Source of the DNA: an uncultured Gemmatimonadaceae bacterium
GTDB lineage: Bacteria; Gemmatimonadota; Gemmatimonadetes; Gemmatimonadales; Gemmatimonadaceae
Length of the DNA stretch: 34,123 nt
Assembly (NCBI GenBank): GCA_963822945.1
Contig: CAWGJO010000019.1
Span: 1 to 34,123, forward strand
Reading direction: 5' to 3'
Part shown: one piece after another, positions 1 through 9,018 of the stretch
How positions within the stretch are numbered: position 1 is the first letter of the stretch
Layout of the letters: each line of letters opens with the position of its first letter
Made by a program: the position numbers and the translations under genes
Notes under the pieces: generated by a model
Told to the model about the DNA's origin: nothing
Databases searched by the model: none
The model's input: only the letters and a program-made list of their open reading frames with translations

Positions 1-92
1 CGGCCTGGGTCCCTGAAAAGTGGTCCAGCCGGGGTCCCGTTTTGACAGGGAGCTGAAGCGAGGCCAGACTCTCGGGAGAGAGGAGGCCAGGG

Positions 93-359
93 ATGCGGAA
101 GAGCAAGTTTACGCCGGAGCAGATCCTCCAGGCGCTGCGGCAAGCCGAGGGCGGGACGGCGGTGGTTGACATCTGCCGGAAGCTCGGGGTGACGGAGACG
201 ACGTTCTATCGCTGGAAGAAGCAGTACACGGGGCTCGACGTGAGCGAGTTGCGGGAGCTGAAGCAGCTGCGGGATGAGAATCGGCGGCTGAAACAGGTCG
301 TCGCCGATCTGACGCTCGACAAGACGATGCTGCGCGAGGCGCTCGGAAAAAAATGGTGA
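93..359 (+). CDS. IS3-family transposase OrfA (HTH)
   Basis: MRKSKFTPEQI...ICRKLGVTETTFYRWKKQY HTH followed by leucine-zipper LKQLRDENRRLKQVVADL; RBS GGAGG upstream. Confidence 0.95.
   Translation: MRKSKFTPEQILQALRQAEGGTAVVDICRKLGVTETTFYRWKKQYTGLDVSELRELKQLRDENRRLKQVVADLTLDKTMLREALGKKW
347..353 (+). other. Programmed -1 frameshift slippery site (A7) joining OrfA and OrfB
   Basis: GGAAAAAAATGGTGA at the orfA/orfB overlap, typical of IS3-family elements. Confidence 0.8.
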
Positions 360-1207
360 GCCCAAGCCAGCGACGCCGGATGTTGGCTTGGGCGCGGGGC
401 GCCTATGGCGTGAGCGAGCGGCGCGCGTGCCGCGGCTTGGTGATCCAGCGCTCGTCGATGCGCTACCGGGCCCGGCGGCCGGACGATGCGCCGGTGCGCC
501 GCCGCCTCCACGAACTGGCCCGGGATCGCCCCAGCTTCGGCGCGAAGCGCCTGCACGTGCTGCTGCGCCGGGACGGGCTCCGGATCAATCACAAGAAGGT
601 GCATCGGCTGTACATCGAGGAAGGGCTGCAACTCAAGCCACGTCGCCGGCGTCGCCGCTCCGCGACCGTTCGACAGCCGCGGGCCGTGGTGAGCCACGCG
701 AATGAGCGGTGGGCGATGGACTTCATGCACGACGTGTTGGCCACCGGGCAGACAGTGCGCGTGTTCACGCTCGTGGACGTCTACACGCGCGAGTGCGTGG
801 CGCTCGAGGTCGCGCGCTCGTTCCGGGGGAGCGACGTGGCGCGGCTCCTCAGCGATGCCGGCGAGCGCCGCGGCGGCTTACCCACCATCATCCAGTGCGA
901 CAATGGGACGGAGTTCACCTCCACTGCGCTGGATCACTGGGCGTACTGGAATCGGGTCAAACTCGACTTCAGCCGCCCGGGGAAGCCCGTCGACAACAGC
1001 GTGTGCGAGGCCTTCAACGGCAGCGTACGACGTGAGTGTCTCACGTGTCATTGGTTTGCCTCTCTCGCGGAGGCGCGCGTCACGCTAGCTTCGTGGCGCG
1101 AGGACTACAACAACCACCGGCCCCATACGAGCTTGGGGCTGCAACCACCGGCGGCGTACGCGGGCGCCGGCCATTACCTACCTCGCATCAGAACTCTCAG
1201 AAACTGA
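353..1207 (+). CDS. IS3-family transposase OrfB (DDE/rve integrase core)
   Basis: WAMDF, DNGTEF, PGKPVDNSVCEAFNG and YNNHRPHTSLG motifs; lies in the -1 frame relative to orfA. Confidence 0.95.
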   Translation: MVSPSQRRRMLAWARGAYGVSERRACRGLVIQRSSMRYRARRPDDAPVRRRLHELARDRPSFGAKRLHVLLRRDGLRINHKKVHRLYIEEGLQLKPRRRRRRSATVRQPRAVVSHANERWAMDFMHDVLATGQTVRVFTLVDVYTRECVALEVARSFRGSDVARLLSDAGERRGGLPTIIQCDNGTEFTSTALDHWAYWNRVKLDFSRPGKPVDNSVCEAFNGSVRRECLTCHWFASLAEARVTLASWREDYNNHRPHTSLGLQPPAAYAGAGHYLPRIRTLRN

Positions 1208-1243
1208 CGCTCTGGCTTGGATCAGTTTTGGGGACCCAGGCCC

Positions 1244-1294
1244 ACTCTCCGAAACTGACGCTCCGGAGCGGATCAGTCTTGGGGACCCCGGCCC
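1244..1294 (+). repeat. Diverged tandem copy of the IS3 right end (51-bp period)
   Basis: ACTCTCCGAAACTGACGCTCCGGAGCGGATCAGTCTTGGGGACCCCGGCCC versus 1193-1243 ACTCTCAGAAACTGACGCTCTGGCTTGGATCAGTTTTGGGGACCCAGGCCC. Confidence 0.9.
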
Positions 1295-1569
1295 AACCCG
1301 AACGCTGGGACATAAGAACTGGGATAGCGTTGGGGTTCACGTGACAGAGTCTGTCGGTCTCCGGAGCCACCAGCATCGGCCGGTCGGTCGCTGAGTTAAC
1401 CTCGGTTAACCAGCCAATGACCCATGGTTAACCCCTCTGACCCTACTGTATTTCGGAGATTGGGAGGGGGATGCCAACCGCCTTCCTCGACTCCCCAATA
1501 CCGAGATCGCCGTCGCTGCCGCTGGCGACAAGGCGATGGACTTCCGCTCCCCCAATCTGGAGGCGTCCA

Positions 1570-2246
1570 ATGCGACCTCTCTCTCTGGCCGTCACACTCC
1601 TCATAGTCACCGCGTGTGACGGCGTACAACCCACGGCCCCTGCCGCACCCCGACCAGACGAATCTCGGACCATCACGGATATTGGCAGCCAAGGACAACT
1701 CGGGAGCGCCGCACCAGAGGCTCACACGGGGAGACGCTGAAGCGGTGCTCAACGCGTTCGGAACCGCCGGCTACCTGATCACGGCCAAGAAGGGATTTGT
1801 CCCGGTATCGGCCGCGCCCGGCGACTTCTACGGCGACAAGGGAGCCATCCGGCCCCTGCCCTACCTTGACGGGCATCACTATTGCACGCTCGACTGGCTC
1901 GTGCCGATGTTCGCGGTATTTGATTGGGACGATGCCAGTACGGGGCCGCGCTCTCCCCATGAGATCCGAGCGGAGCTTGCAAGCGGTTCGGTACTCCTGT
2001 CGATTGACGGCCAGGCGTTCCCAACCCGGCGCACCCCCGTAAAGCCAGCCAACGCGCAGCGAGCCTTTGGCGATGCGAACGCCCCTCGGCTACCAGGTCG
2101 GCAATCCGGTACCTCCTGGTACGTTCTCGATCGGCGCACACACGATCCATGCGGACGTCTTCTTGGATGGTGTGCTTGATGACTTCGGTCTGGAAACCAC
2201 CACGTTCTATATCGATGATGCATCGTCGGCCACCTGCACAGGATAG
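1570..2246 (+). pseudogene. Putative lipoprotein of unknown function, two frameshifts
   Basis: RBS GGAGG, then MRPLSLAVTLLIVTAC (signal peptide and lipobox). Continues in the 1616..2179 frame, then in a frame ending ...TTTFYIDDASSATCTG* at 2246. Confidence 0.6.
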
Positions 2247-2277
2247 CGAAGTCACACGAGAATCCTCGCGGCCCCAA

Positions 2278-2703
2278 GGGATAGGAATTTCAATCCCCGT
2301 ATGGTCAGACGGGGGCGCGCTGGGAACCGGTGTGCAACTGGGAGCCGGCGGGGGCGCGGCCCGCAGCGGGGCGTTGGGCCGCGCGCTTGGGGAGGGCGGC
2401 TGCTGTACCGGGGCGTGGCGGGTCCCCGGCGGGCGTTGCGCCCGCCCCGACGGGCACGCCGAAGGTCCCCCGGGGCGAGCCCAGGGGCCGATCGGCGGGC
2501 GATCAGGATGAGACGCGGGAGGCGGCGCGCCGCGGGGGCGGGGCCGCGAGTCGGCGCTCGGGTGGGGGCCCCCGCCCCCGCGTGGCCCGGCGGAGGTGGG
2601 CGAGGATCCGATCGATCACCGCTCCCTCGGTGATGATGGCGAGGATGCGCATCGCGCCGCCGCACGCCGGGCAGGCGAGCGGGTCCACTTCATAGATGTG
2701 GCG
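2278..2703 (-). mobile_element. IS91/ISCR-family (Y2, rolling-circle) element 3' remnant with oriIS-like end
   Basis: Transposase C-terminus IYEVDPLACPACGGAMRILAIITEGAVIDRILAHL...RGPP (stop at 2503), a GC-rich spacer, then GGGGATTGAAATTCCTATCCC (minus strand, 2298-2278), which resembles ISCR oriIS ends (TTGAAnTTCCTAT). Confidence 0.8.
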
Positions 2704-2711
2704 CACGATGG

Positions 2712-2795
2712 CTACTCTTTCTTGTGACACTTGTTGGGGCGTCCGTACCGTTTGTAGTTAGCTGGCGGTGGTTTAGCGCACGAGAAGCGACCTGA
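2712..2795 (+). pseudogene. 3' remnant of a truncated integron-cassette ORF (hydrophobic C-terminus)
   Basis: Lower-GC open frame LLFLVTLVGASVPFVVSWRWFSAREAT* ending just before an attC site and abutting the IS91 fragment. Confidence 0.45.
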
Positions 2796-2831
2796 CACCG
2801 CCTAGAATCACGACCATAATTGTTTGCTGCC

Positions 2832-2930
2832 GTATAACACGCGCTTGGAGCGGTCAACCGCGCCGGCGTACCAGTTGGATGGCTGACATATTGTGAGCGC
2901 GGATTGCCGCTCGAACGCAAACCGTCAGAC
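2832..2930 (+). other. Integron attC site
   Basis: R'' GTATAAC (2832-2838), L'' region GCGCTTGGAGCGG, inner stem GCGGTCAACCGCGC / GCGCGGATTGCCGC, L' region CCGCTCGAACGC, R' GTCAGAC (2924-2930; GTT mutated to GTC). Confidence 0.8.
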
Positions 2931-2945
2931 CGCCATCGAGGAGCC

Positions 2946-3359
2946 ATGCGATGTGCAGCACTTGCTTTGGCCATGCTCCTCGCTGGAACGCAAGCCAACG
3001 CTCAGTCGAGAACCGTTTTCAAGGGCAGTCCCTTTGTTAAGATCAGCGAAGCCGGGTCCAGCCGTGTGGTAGACTCGCTCTCGCGTCCACGCGCCGAAAA
3101 TCTAAGCGCCGTGGTTAGCGAGATTTCCGGGACATATTACTGGGCAAGTCGAGAGAACAAGGAGCTAATCAGACACGAATCGGGCGCCTTCATTACTTAT
3201 GCTGCTACCGATGGGTCGGGTTACATCCGTCTGATCGATCCACTGTTTAAAGATGCGGCAGCATTGATTGGTGATTCTGAAGCAAAGTACGACTACGCAG
3301 AGCAACTGTTGATTGGGCTCGGTTCAGTGACCTACTATGGCGTTGCCGACGCCTTTTGA
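2946..3359 (+). CDS. Secreted hypothetical protein carried on an integron gene cassette
   Basis: RBS GAGGAG, signal peptide MRCAALALAMLLAGTQANA, lower GC than the flanks, bounded by attC sites. Confidence 0.8.
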   Translation: MRCAALALAMLLAGTQANAQSRTVFKGSPFVKISEAGSSRVVDSLSRPRAENLSAVVSEISGTYYWASRENKELIRHESGAFITYAATDGSGYIRLIDPLFKDAAALIGDSEAKYDYAEQLLIGLGSVTYYGVADAF

Positions 3360-3372
3360 TTGGAGACGGCCG

Positions 3373-3442
3373 GTCTAACAGGCGCTTGAAGCAGTCCAGC
3401 CCCCCAGGCCTCGGCCTCCTTGCGGCGGCCCCCTGGCGGTGC
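3373..3442 (+). other. Truncated attC site (left half plus inner stem)
   Basis: GTCTAAC-AGGCGCTTGAAGCAG is a typical R''/L''. CGGTCTAAC is complementary (one mismatch) to GTCAGACCG at the cassette start. No matching L' found. Confidence 0.7.
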
Positions 3443-3550
3443 ACACTCGATGGAAGTCAGACAATTCGCTGCGGGCGAGGCACCGGAACCACGTTTAGCG
3501 ATGTGTGTGCCCGAACGATTCCGGCCGTTCCGAAGAGGAGGTATTAGCTC

Positions 3551-5311
3551 ATGACTGGATCGATCGCGTTCAACGGCGGCGCCACGAAGGTCGCCAAGAT
3601 CAACTACCAGCTACCCATGCCGGGCAGCCATCACGGCCGACGCCTTGTGCGGCTCGACCTGGGAATCAAGGGCTCCGAGTGGAGCGACGACGCCAAGGCC
3701 TTCGGCGAACAGCCGGGCGAGGCGGCTGGCATCGGGCCGTCCGGCCAAGGCTATACGATCGACGTGGCGCGCGCCCGTGAATACCTGCGGGGCAAGCTCA
3801 CCGCCGTGGGCTTCCGCGCGGACGACGTCGATCTCGCGCTGACGCGACTGCCAGGAGTGATCACCGGTGACGCCGAGCCGCCACGCCGACGCCAGCGTCG
3901 GGACCTGCAGCTGCGAGCCGCGGCCGTGTCTCGCGCCACGCTCATGGCCACCACGGCCGCGGTCGGCGCGGTGGACTCGATCTCCACCGCCGAGCCAGCC
4001 CCGGCGCCGGCACCCGCGCCTGCCCCGCCACCCACGGCGTCGGATCGCCTCGACGAGATCGTCGACGTGTTCGTCGCGAACGCGAACCGGGGGCTCGTCA
4101 CGTCGATCCTTCTCGACTCCACGGGCGAGACGGTGCTGCAGACCTCGCCGGTGACTGTGGTGGAGGAGCCGACACTGTTCCTGGTGGAGAAGGTGGCGAT
4201 CTCGTCGTTCCTTGGCGATTACGGCATGGGCCGCACCGTGCGGACATTCACGCTACTGCCAGGGGAAACGACGTCCATCCGGATCAAGACGTGGCAGTCC
4301 ACCGAGGAGTCGCGCAAGCAGGCGTCATCGATCATCGACTCCCACGAGCAAGAGGCGCAGACGCGGTTCCAGAGCGAGGTGCAGTCCGAGACCACCGACA
4401 AGCAGACGCGCAGCTCGGAGGAGAAGTGGTCGGTGGAAGCCGAGGCATCGGCCAGCTGGGGGTGGGGTAGCGCCAAGGTAAGCGGATCGGCGTCGGGCGA
4501 CTACCAGTCGGGCCGCGAGCAGTTCGCGAAGCAGGCGTCGTCGGCCGTGGGCGAGCATGCGGCCAAGGCGTCTTCCAAGCGCCAGCTGTCCGTCACGAGC
4601 GAGTCCGAGTCAAAGTCCACCACCGGCGAGGAGTCTGTGATCGAGCGGACGATCGAGAACGTCAACGTGAGGCGCGTGCTCAACTTCGTGTTCCGCGAGC
4701 TCAACCAGGAGTACTCGACCGTTCTGCACCTCACGGACATCCAGGTGGCGTTTACGAACCGGCGCACCAACTCCTGGCGCATCGTCCCGATCTCGGGACT
4801 GCGCGGCCTGCTCGAGACACTGCTCAAGGCCGCGCCCAAGCGCCGCGGCGAGATCGCGTCGCTAATCCTCAAACTCGCCGGAACCGTGATCGACGACCAG
4901 AGCGCGTCGGTCCGCACGCTCGACGCGCTCCACTACGACGTGGTCAACGACGTCATGACCGTGGGTCCGGTGACGATGGACGTGCAGGGCATGCCCGCCC
5001 CGCCCACCGAATCCGACTACTACCGATTCAAGCCGGGCCCGCTCGGGTCGCAGACGGAGGTGGACGGCGTGCGCATGAGCCAGCAGACCATCGTCATGCG
5101 GACGGATTCCGTGCTCGTCGAGGCGCTGCTGGGCGAGTCCGACGCGCTCGACGAGTTCGCAATGGAGGTGCAGCAGGCAGCCGCGACCGCGCAGACACTC
5201 GCCAACCAGCGCGAGACGCTGCTGCAGTCCACGCTGAACGCCATCGCGGATCCGGCCGAGCGCGCCAAAGCCGCCGCGGCGTTATACGGGCCGGTGAAGG
5301 AGACGGCCTGA
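3551..5311 (+). CDS. Uncharacterised 586-aa protein with a Ser/Thr/Glu-rich alternating beta-hairpin segment (possible beta-pore-forming protein)
   Basis: Strong RBS GAGGAGG; long ORF with high GC3; PAPAPAP linker; FTLLPGETTSIRIKTW, KWSVEAEASASWGWGSAKVSGSASG, RTIENVNVRRVLNFVFRELNQEY. The function is inference. Confidence 0.75.
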   Translation: MTGSIAFNGGATKVAKINYQLPMPGSHHGRRLVRLDLGIKGSEWSDDAKAFGEQPGEAAGIGPSGQGYTIDVARAREYLRGKLTAVGFRADDVDLALTRLPGVITGDAEPPRRRQRRDLQLRAAAVSRATLMATTAAVGAVDSISTAEPAPAPAPAPAPPPTASDRLDEIVDVFVANANRGLVTSILLDSTGETVLQTSPVTVVEEPTLFLVEKVAISSFLGDYGMGRTVRTFTLLPGETTSIRIKTWQSTEESRKQASSIIDSHEQEAQTRFQSEVQSETTDKQTRSSEEKWSVEAEASASWGWGSAKVSGSASGDYQSGREQFAKQASSAVGEHAAKASSKRQLSVTSESESKSTTGEESVIERTIENVNVRRVLNFVFRELNQEYSTVLHLTDIQVAFTNRRTNSWRIVPISGLRGLLETLLKAAPKRRGEIASLILKLAGTVIDDQSASVRTLDALHYDVVNDVMTVGPVTMDVQGMPAPPTESDYYRFKPGPLGSQTEVDGVRMSQQTIVMRTDSVLVEALLGESDALDEFAMEVQQAAATAQTLANQRETLLQSTLNAIADPAERAKAAAALYGPVKETA

Positions 5312-6120
5312 TGGGCGACACGATCACCGACACCTCCAAGGTGGCCGGGACATCGAAGGTCACCGGCACGGGCGTCGCGAACACAGCGCCGGTGCTCGGC
5401 AAGGCGGGCGCGCCGGCGGCGGGGAAGCAGCCGCCTCCGCCGCCGGCGATCCCGGCCTTCAAGGACAAGGCGGCCGCGCTCGCATGGGCCAACGAGGTGG
5501 TACACAAGGATCTCGGCCTCAACTCGACATCCGTGTACTGGTTCTCGGTGTCGGCCTCCAAGCGCCCTCATCCGCGGACCGGCCTGCCGCCGGACCCCGG
5601 CCTCGTGGACTGCGGCTTCGCCGCCTGGACCAACACGGCCACCGACATCTACCTTTTCGATGCGCTATGGGATAACAACCTGTCGGTCGGTGTCGGCTCG
5701 GCGCAGCAGGCCGAGCTCTGGGCAACGGTGGCGCACGAGTCGCTGCACGCCGTGCACTTCAAGTCCGCGTGGGGCGGTGGGCACCCACCGTCGCTCGCGA
5801 CCGGCTTCCACCACGAGTGGAGGACGTATGCGGCGAGCGCCAAGGCGCTGGGAGCGCCCACGCACAGCAGGGTGAAGCGCTTCATCGCCGAGGCGGCAGG
5901 CAAGGATGAGCTCGCGCGCCAGAAGGCCGCGCAGGAGGGAGTCGCCAAGGAGTTCGCGGGCTGGTACAACGGCCACAAGGCCGGGATTGGGAAGCTCAAC
6001 GCCGACCAGGCGGAACTTGAATACCTGAAGTTCTTCGAGAAATTCAATGGACTGCCGCCGAAGATCCTCGCTTCGGGCAAGACACCAAAGGAGATGCTAC
6101 AGCTGACGTATGGATACTAA
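5311..6120 (+). CDS. Putative zinc metallopeptidase (HEXXH)
   Basis: TVAHESLHAVH motif with a downstream Glu (HHEWRTY); low-complexity N-terminus; TGATG overlap with the upstream gene. Confidence 0.7.
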   Translation: MGDTITDTSKVAGTSKVTGTGVANTAPVLGKAGAPAAGKQPPPPPAIPAFKDKAAALAWANEVVHKDLGLNSTSVYWFSVSASKRPHPRTGLPPDPGLVDCGFAAWTNTATDIYLFDALWDNNLSVGVGSAQQAELWATVAHESLHAVHFKSAWGGGHPPSLATGFHHEWRTYAASAKALGAPTHSRVKRFIAEAAGKDELARQKAAQEGVAKEFAGWYNGHKAGIGKLNADQAELEYLKFFEKFNGLPPKILASGKTPKEMLQLTYGY

Positions 6121-6160
6121 GCGCAGGTCTCCTGCGTGAAGCACGCGCGGTACCGGTTGA

Positions 6161-6208
6161 CGTGCCCCGCGCGCGGTTGGCATACCACCCGTAGTAGCGC
6201 GTCACCAC
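6161..6208 (-). mobile_element. Short IS91-family transposase fragment
   Basis: VTRYYGWYANRARG matches the conserved RYYGxYxNxxRG catalytic-tyrosine motif of Y2 transposases. Confidence 0.7.
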
Positions 6209-6297
6209 CGCATTCTTCCGTGCGACCGTCTCCCGCGCTTCGAACCTCGGCTCCCTCACCTCCCGCGCGACGCCAGATTCTACCGGCACACCTCCTG
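6209..6297 (-). pseudogene. queG: queG 3' fragment, copy A (decayed)
   Basis: Minus strand reads SQEVCR*N, then after a frameshift AREVREPRFEARETVARKNA; colinear with the copy at 33888-34115. Confidence 0.7.
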
Positions 6298-6355
6298 GGA
6301 GGTGTGCCGACAAAACTGTATTGAAATTGTATTGGCAACGGGACGGCGAAGTCTC
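6284..6355. repeat. att-like site copy 1: perfect palindrome plus conserved arm
   Basis: CGGCACACCTCC-TG-GGAGGTGTGCCG (6284-6309) followed by ACAAAACTGTATTGAAATTGTATTGGCAACGGGACGGCGAA. Confidence 0.85.
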
Positions 6356-6655
6356 AGAGAGACAGATCCTTGGCTGTGTGTCTGTGACTCAGTGCGGCGG
6401 TGGTGATGCCGCCCAGTGGGGGCGGCCTCCGGGCTCGGCACACCTTCGGCCCCTTCCCGGGCTAGGAGTGATGTGGTCCACCATGGTTCATCAGTTGGGC
6501 GACCGCCGGCCCCCTTCTCTGAGTAGCGGTTCAGCTTTCGCGGGTCACGTCGCAGAACAGCTTAGTCGCATCTGATTCACGAAATGGGGCTCACAGCAGA
6601 TGCCGTTGGGGACGCCCCCGTAGGTGACGGACCAATAGTCCGCGGGCTGCCCGGA

Positions 6656-9018
6656 TCAACGGAGCCACACGAAGATGGCCGCACATCCATTGCCCATGGC
6701 TTCGACCGGGAGCTCGGCCACCGAGGTGTAGACCTCGACCCCCACGACCCAGGACACCGGGATCGCGTCGAGCACCTCTGGCGAGTCCATAGTGAAAGTG
6801 CCGTACGGCAGGTCGTCAATGAACAACTCGTAGCGCGGAATGCCGCCGACCGTTGCGTTGCGGCACTGGGGCAGCCGCCGCGCCTTTCCTTCGAGCAGGT
6901 CGGAGAGCTTGACCGGGTGCCGCCGCTCGATGTCGGTCTCCGTGAAGAAGTCGCCGCCCAGGCCCGACATGCGGCGCTGCGCGCTCCGCTGGTAGAAGAG
7001 GTCCAGCTTGTGCATCTGGTTGTCCGGCATGTCCGCCATACTGTCTGCTCTGGCGATGACCGTGGGCAGCAGCGTCACGGGTTGCATCGTCACCGAGAGG
7101 CTCGCGGCGCCATCGGGGGGGACGACGGTCGCCATCGCGACGGGCGCGAATCCCAATCGCCGGGCGCGCACGAGCGTCGTACCGGCCTTCACCGCCGGCA
7201 CGACGAAGTTGCCAAGCGAGTCGGTACGGGTGTGCACGTCGAGCCCCACGATGATCTCCACGCCGGGCACCGGGTTCCCCGCCGAGTCCGCCGCGAATCC
7301 GACGACGGTGCCGGTAGCGGAGGCCCGACCCCGCTCCTTCAGTGCGAAAGCCACCATCGTCGTCGGCGCGTCGGGGAGCGTGACGACCGTGTCGAGCACT
7401 ACGTCCGGGCCGTGCAGCGCCCGCACGGCCACGAAACGGCGTCGTGGCAGGTTGCACACGTAGAACCTTCCGCCGCCATCGCGAGACAACGTTCGTGCGC
7501 GCGCCCTCGGCGGTTCCGTCGCCCGGCCACGTCAGCTCGAGCGCGCTCGCCCAATCCGGCGCGGCGCCCTTCGCCGTCAAACGTCCCATCATCACCGTCG
7601 TCCCGGAATTCACCGGCTCGCCCTGACAGATCCTCCGCTCGATGTCTTCGTACGAAAGCAGAGCGAGGTTGGGGAGGGAATCGCGTTTGTCCGGCACGAC
7701 GACGTCCGCTTGCACGGGTGGTTCGGCGTGGAACGCGGCCAGCGCCATGTCTTGCGCGCGCACCGTGTAGCGCGCGGGCAGCAGATCATCGAAGCGGAAG
7801 GCGCCGTTCGCGTCGGTCGTAACCGTGTCCGCGGTCGCCGTGAGCCAGACGGTCACGTCGCGCGCCGGCAGGCCGAATGCGCCGCGCACGACGCGTCCCA
7901 CGAGCGTCCCTACGGGGCCATGCCAGCGTACGCCGTCGGGCCATGACGCGTCGGCCAGAATCCCACCGATGCGGTCCACCTGCGTGATCCGGTCCGGGAA
8001 CTCGCCGGGCGCGAGCCGGGCCGCGTTCCGTCGCACGACCACCGGCGCAATCAGTGACCAGCGGCTCAGCACCACGACGCCGTTCGACATCGTCGCGAAA
8101 GTGATGGAGCCGCCGGCGTTCGCCGCGGCGGCCGAGGCCTCGATGCCCACGTAGTGGAACTGCATGCTGCGCAGCTCAGGGTTGCCGCGCCGTAGCCAGA
8201 GCGTGCCCGCCACGTCCACGACGTCCGTCGAGGCATTCTTCGCCGGGTCGAAGGCCAGTCCGATGTCATTGGGGTGGTGGACCGAGTCGACCACCACCGA
8301 GAAGCAGTGCGTCGCCGCGAACCGCGGATCCAGCAGTACGTCGCCTCGGGCGCGTAGTAGGTGCGCAGCCCGTTGGCGTCCACCACGAACCCCATGCGCG
8401 CGAAGTCTCTCGCGCTGGCGGCGGCACCGAACGCCCGTTGCTCTCGACCGACGGTCACCCGCGATCGTTGCTGCAACAGATGGTCGTCCGCGTCGAAGAC
8501 CTGGCGATAGCTGAGCACCCGGACCGTCGCCGGGAACGTCTTGCGCCCGACCACCGTCGCCAGGAGTCCGGCGCGCGCCTGCTGCCAGAGCTCGAGCGCG
8601 ACGCCACCCCCGGCCTCTCGGCCGCCGCAGATCTTCTCCGACCTGCTGTACATCGCCGGGAGCACAATGGTGATGGCGGTCATGCGCACGTCAAGCCGTT
8701 CCGTCCGGCCCGCCTCGGCGCCACCGCCCGCTCCACGGGTCGGAATCCGATGCGCAGGACTCGCGCGCGAACCGTCTGAAGGGGAACCGCAACGTTGAAG
8801 TGTCCGGCCGCATTCGTGATGAACTGGCTAAGGACACGGCCCCGGCTGTCGGTCAGGGTCACAACCGCACCAGGGATCGGTGCCGAACTCATGCTGTCGC
8901 GCACCGTGCCCTCGACACGTTGCGCGCCAGCGAGTCGTGCGGTCAGGATGCACAACAGGCCGACTAGGAGGGCGCGGCCACCGAGACGCGCGGCATACGA
9001 CGCAACGGGTGAGCGCAT
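6656..9018 (-). pseudogene. Secreted protein with several carboxypeptidase-regulatory-like (CarboxypepD_reg) domains and a C-terminal TonB plug-like domain; about 3 frameshifts
   Basis: Signal peptide, then VEGTVRDSMSSAPIPGAVVTL, TTDANGAFRFDDLLPARYTVRA, TDSLGNFVV...RARRLGFAP and a final GCAAIFVWLR. Spread over ORFs 8680..9036, 8066..8689, 6816..8297 and 6656..7489. Confidence 0.75.

Larger units (their letters stand above)
6..1238 (+). mobile_element. IS3-family insertion sequence (IS407-like group), apparently complete
   Basis: Imperfect terminal inverted repeats TGGGTCCCTGAAAAGTGGTCCAGCC (6-30) and GGCTTGGATCAGTTTTGGGGACCCA (to 1238) with TG...CA ends. GGCC flanks both sides (2-5, 1239-1242). 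orfA/orfB organisation. Confidence 0.93.

Noticed and set aside
3990..4035. Short GC-rich tandem repeat
   Set aside because: It simply encodes the PAPAPAPAPP linker of the 586-aa protein.
6284..6325. Rho-independent terminator interpretation of the hairpin plus AAAA
   Set aside because: The loop is only 2 nt, the T-run would precede rather than follow the stem on the minus strand, and copies conserve spacing and arm sequence rather than stem pairing.
6436..6445. Isolated CGGCACACCT half-site 152 bp right of copy 1
   Set aside because: Single 10-mer with no counterpart at the same offset in other copies; cannot be told from chance.
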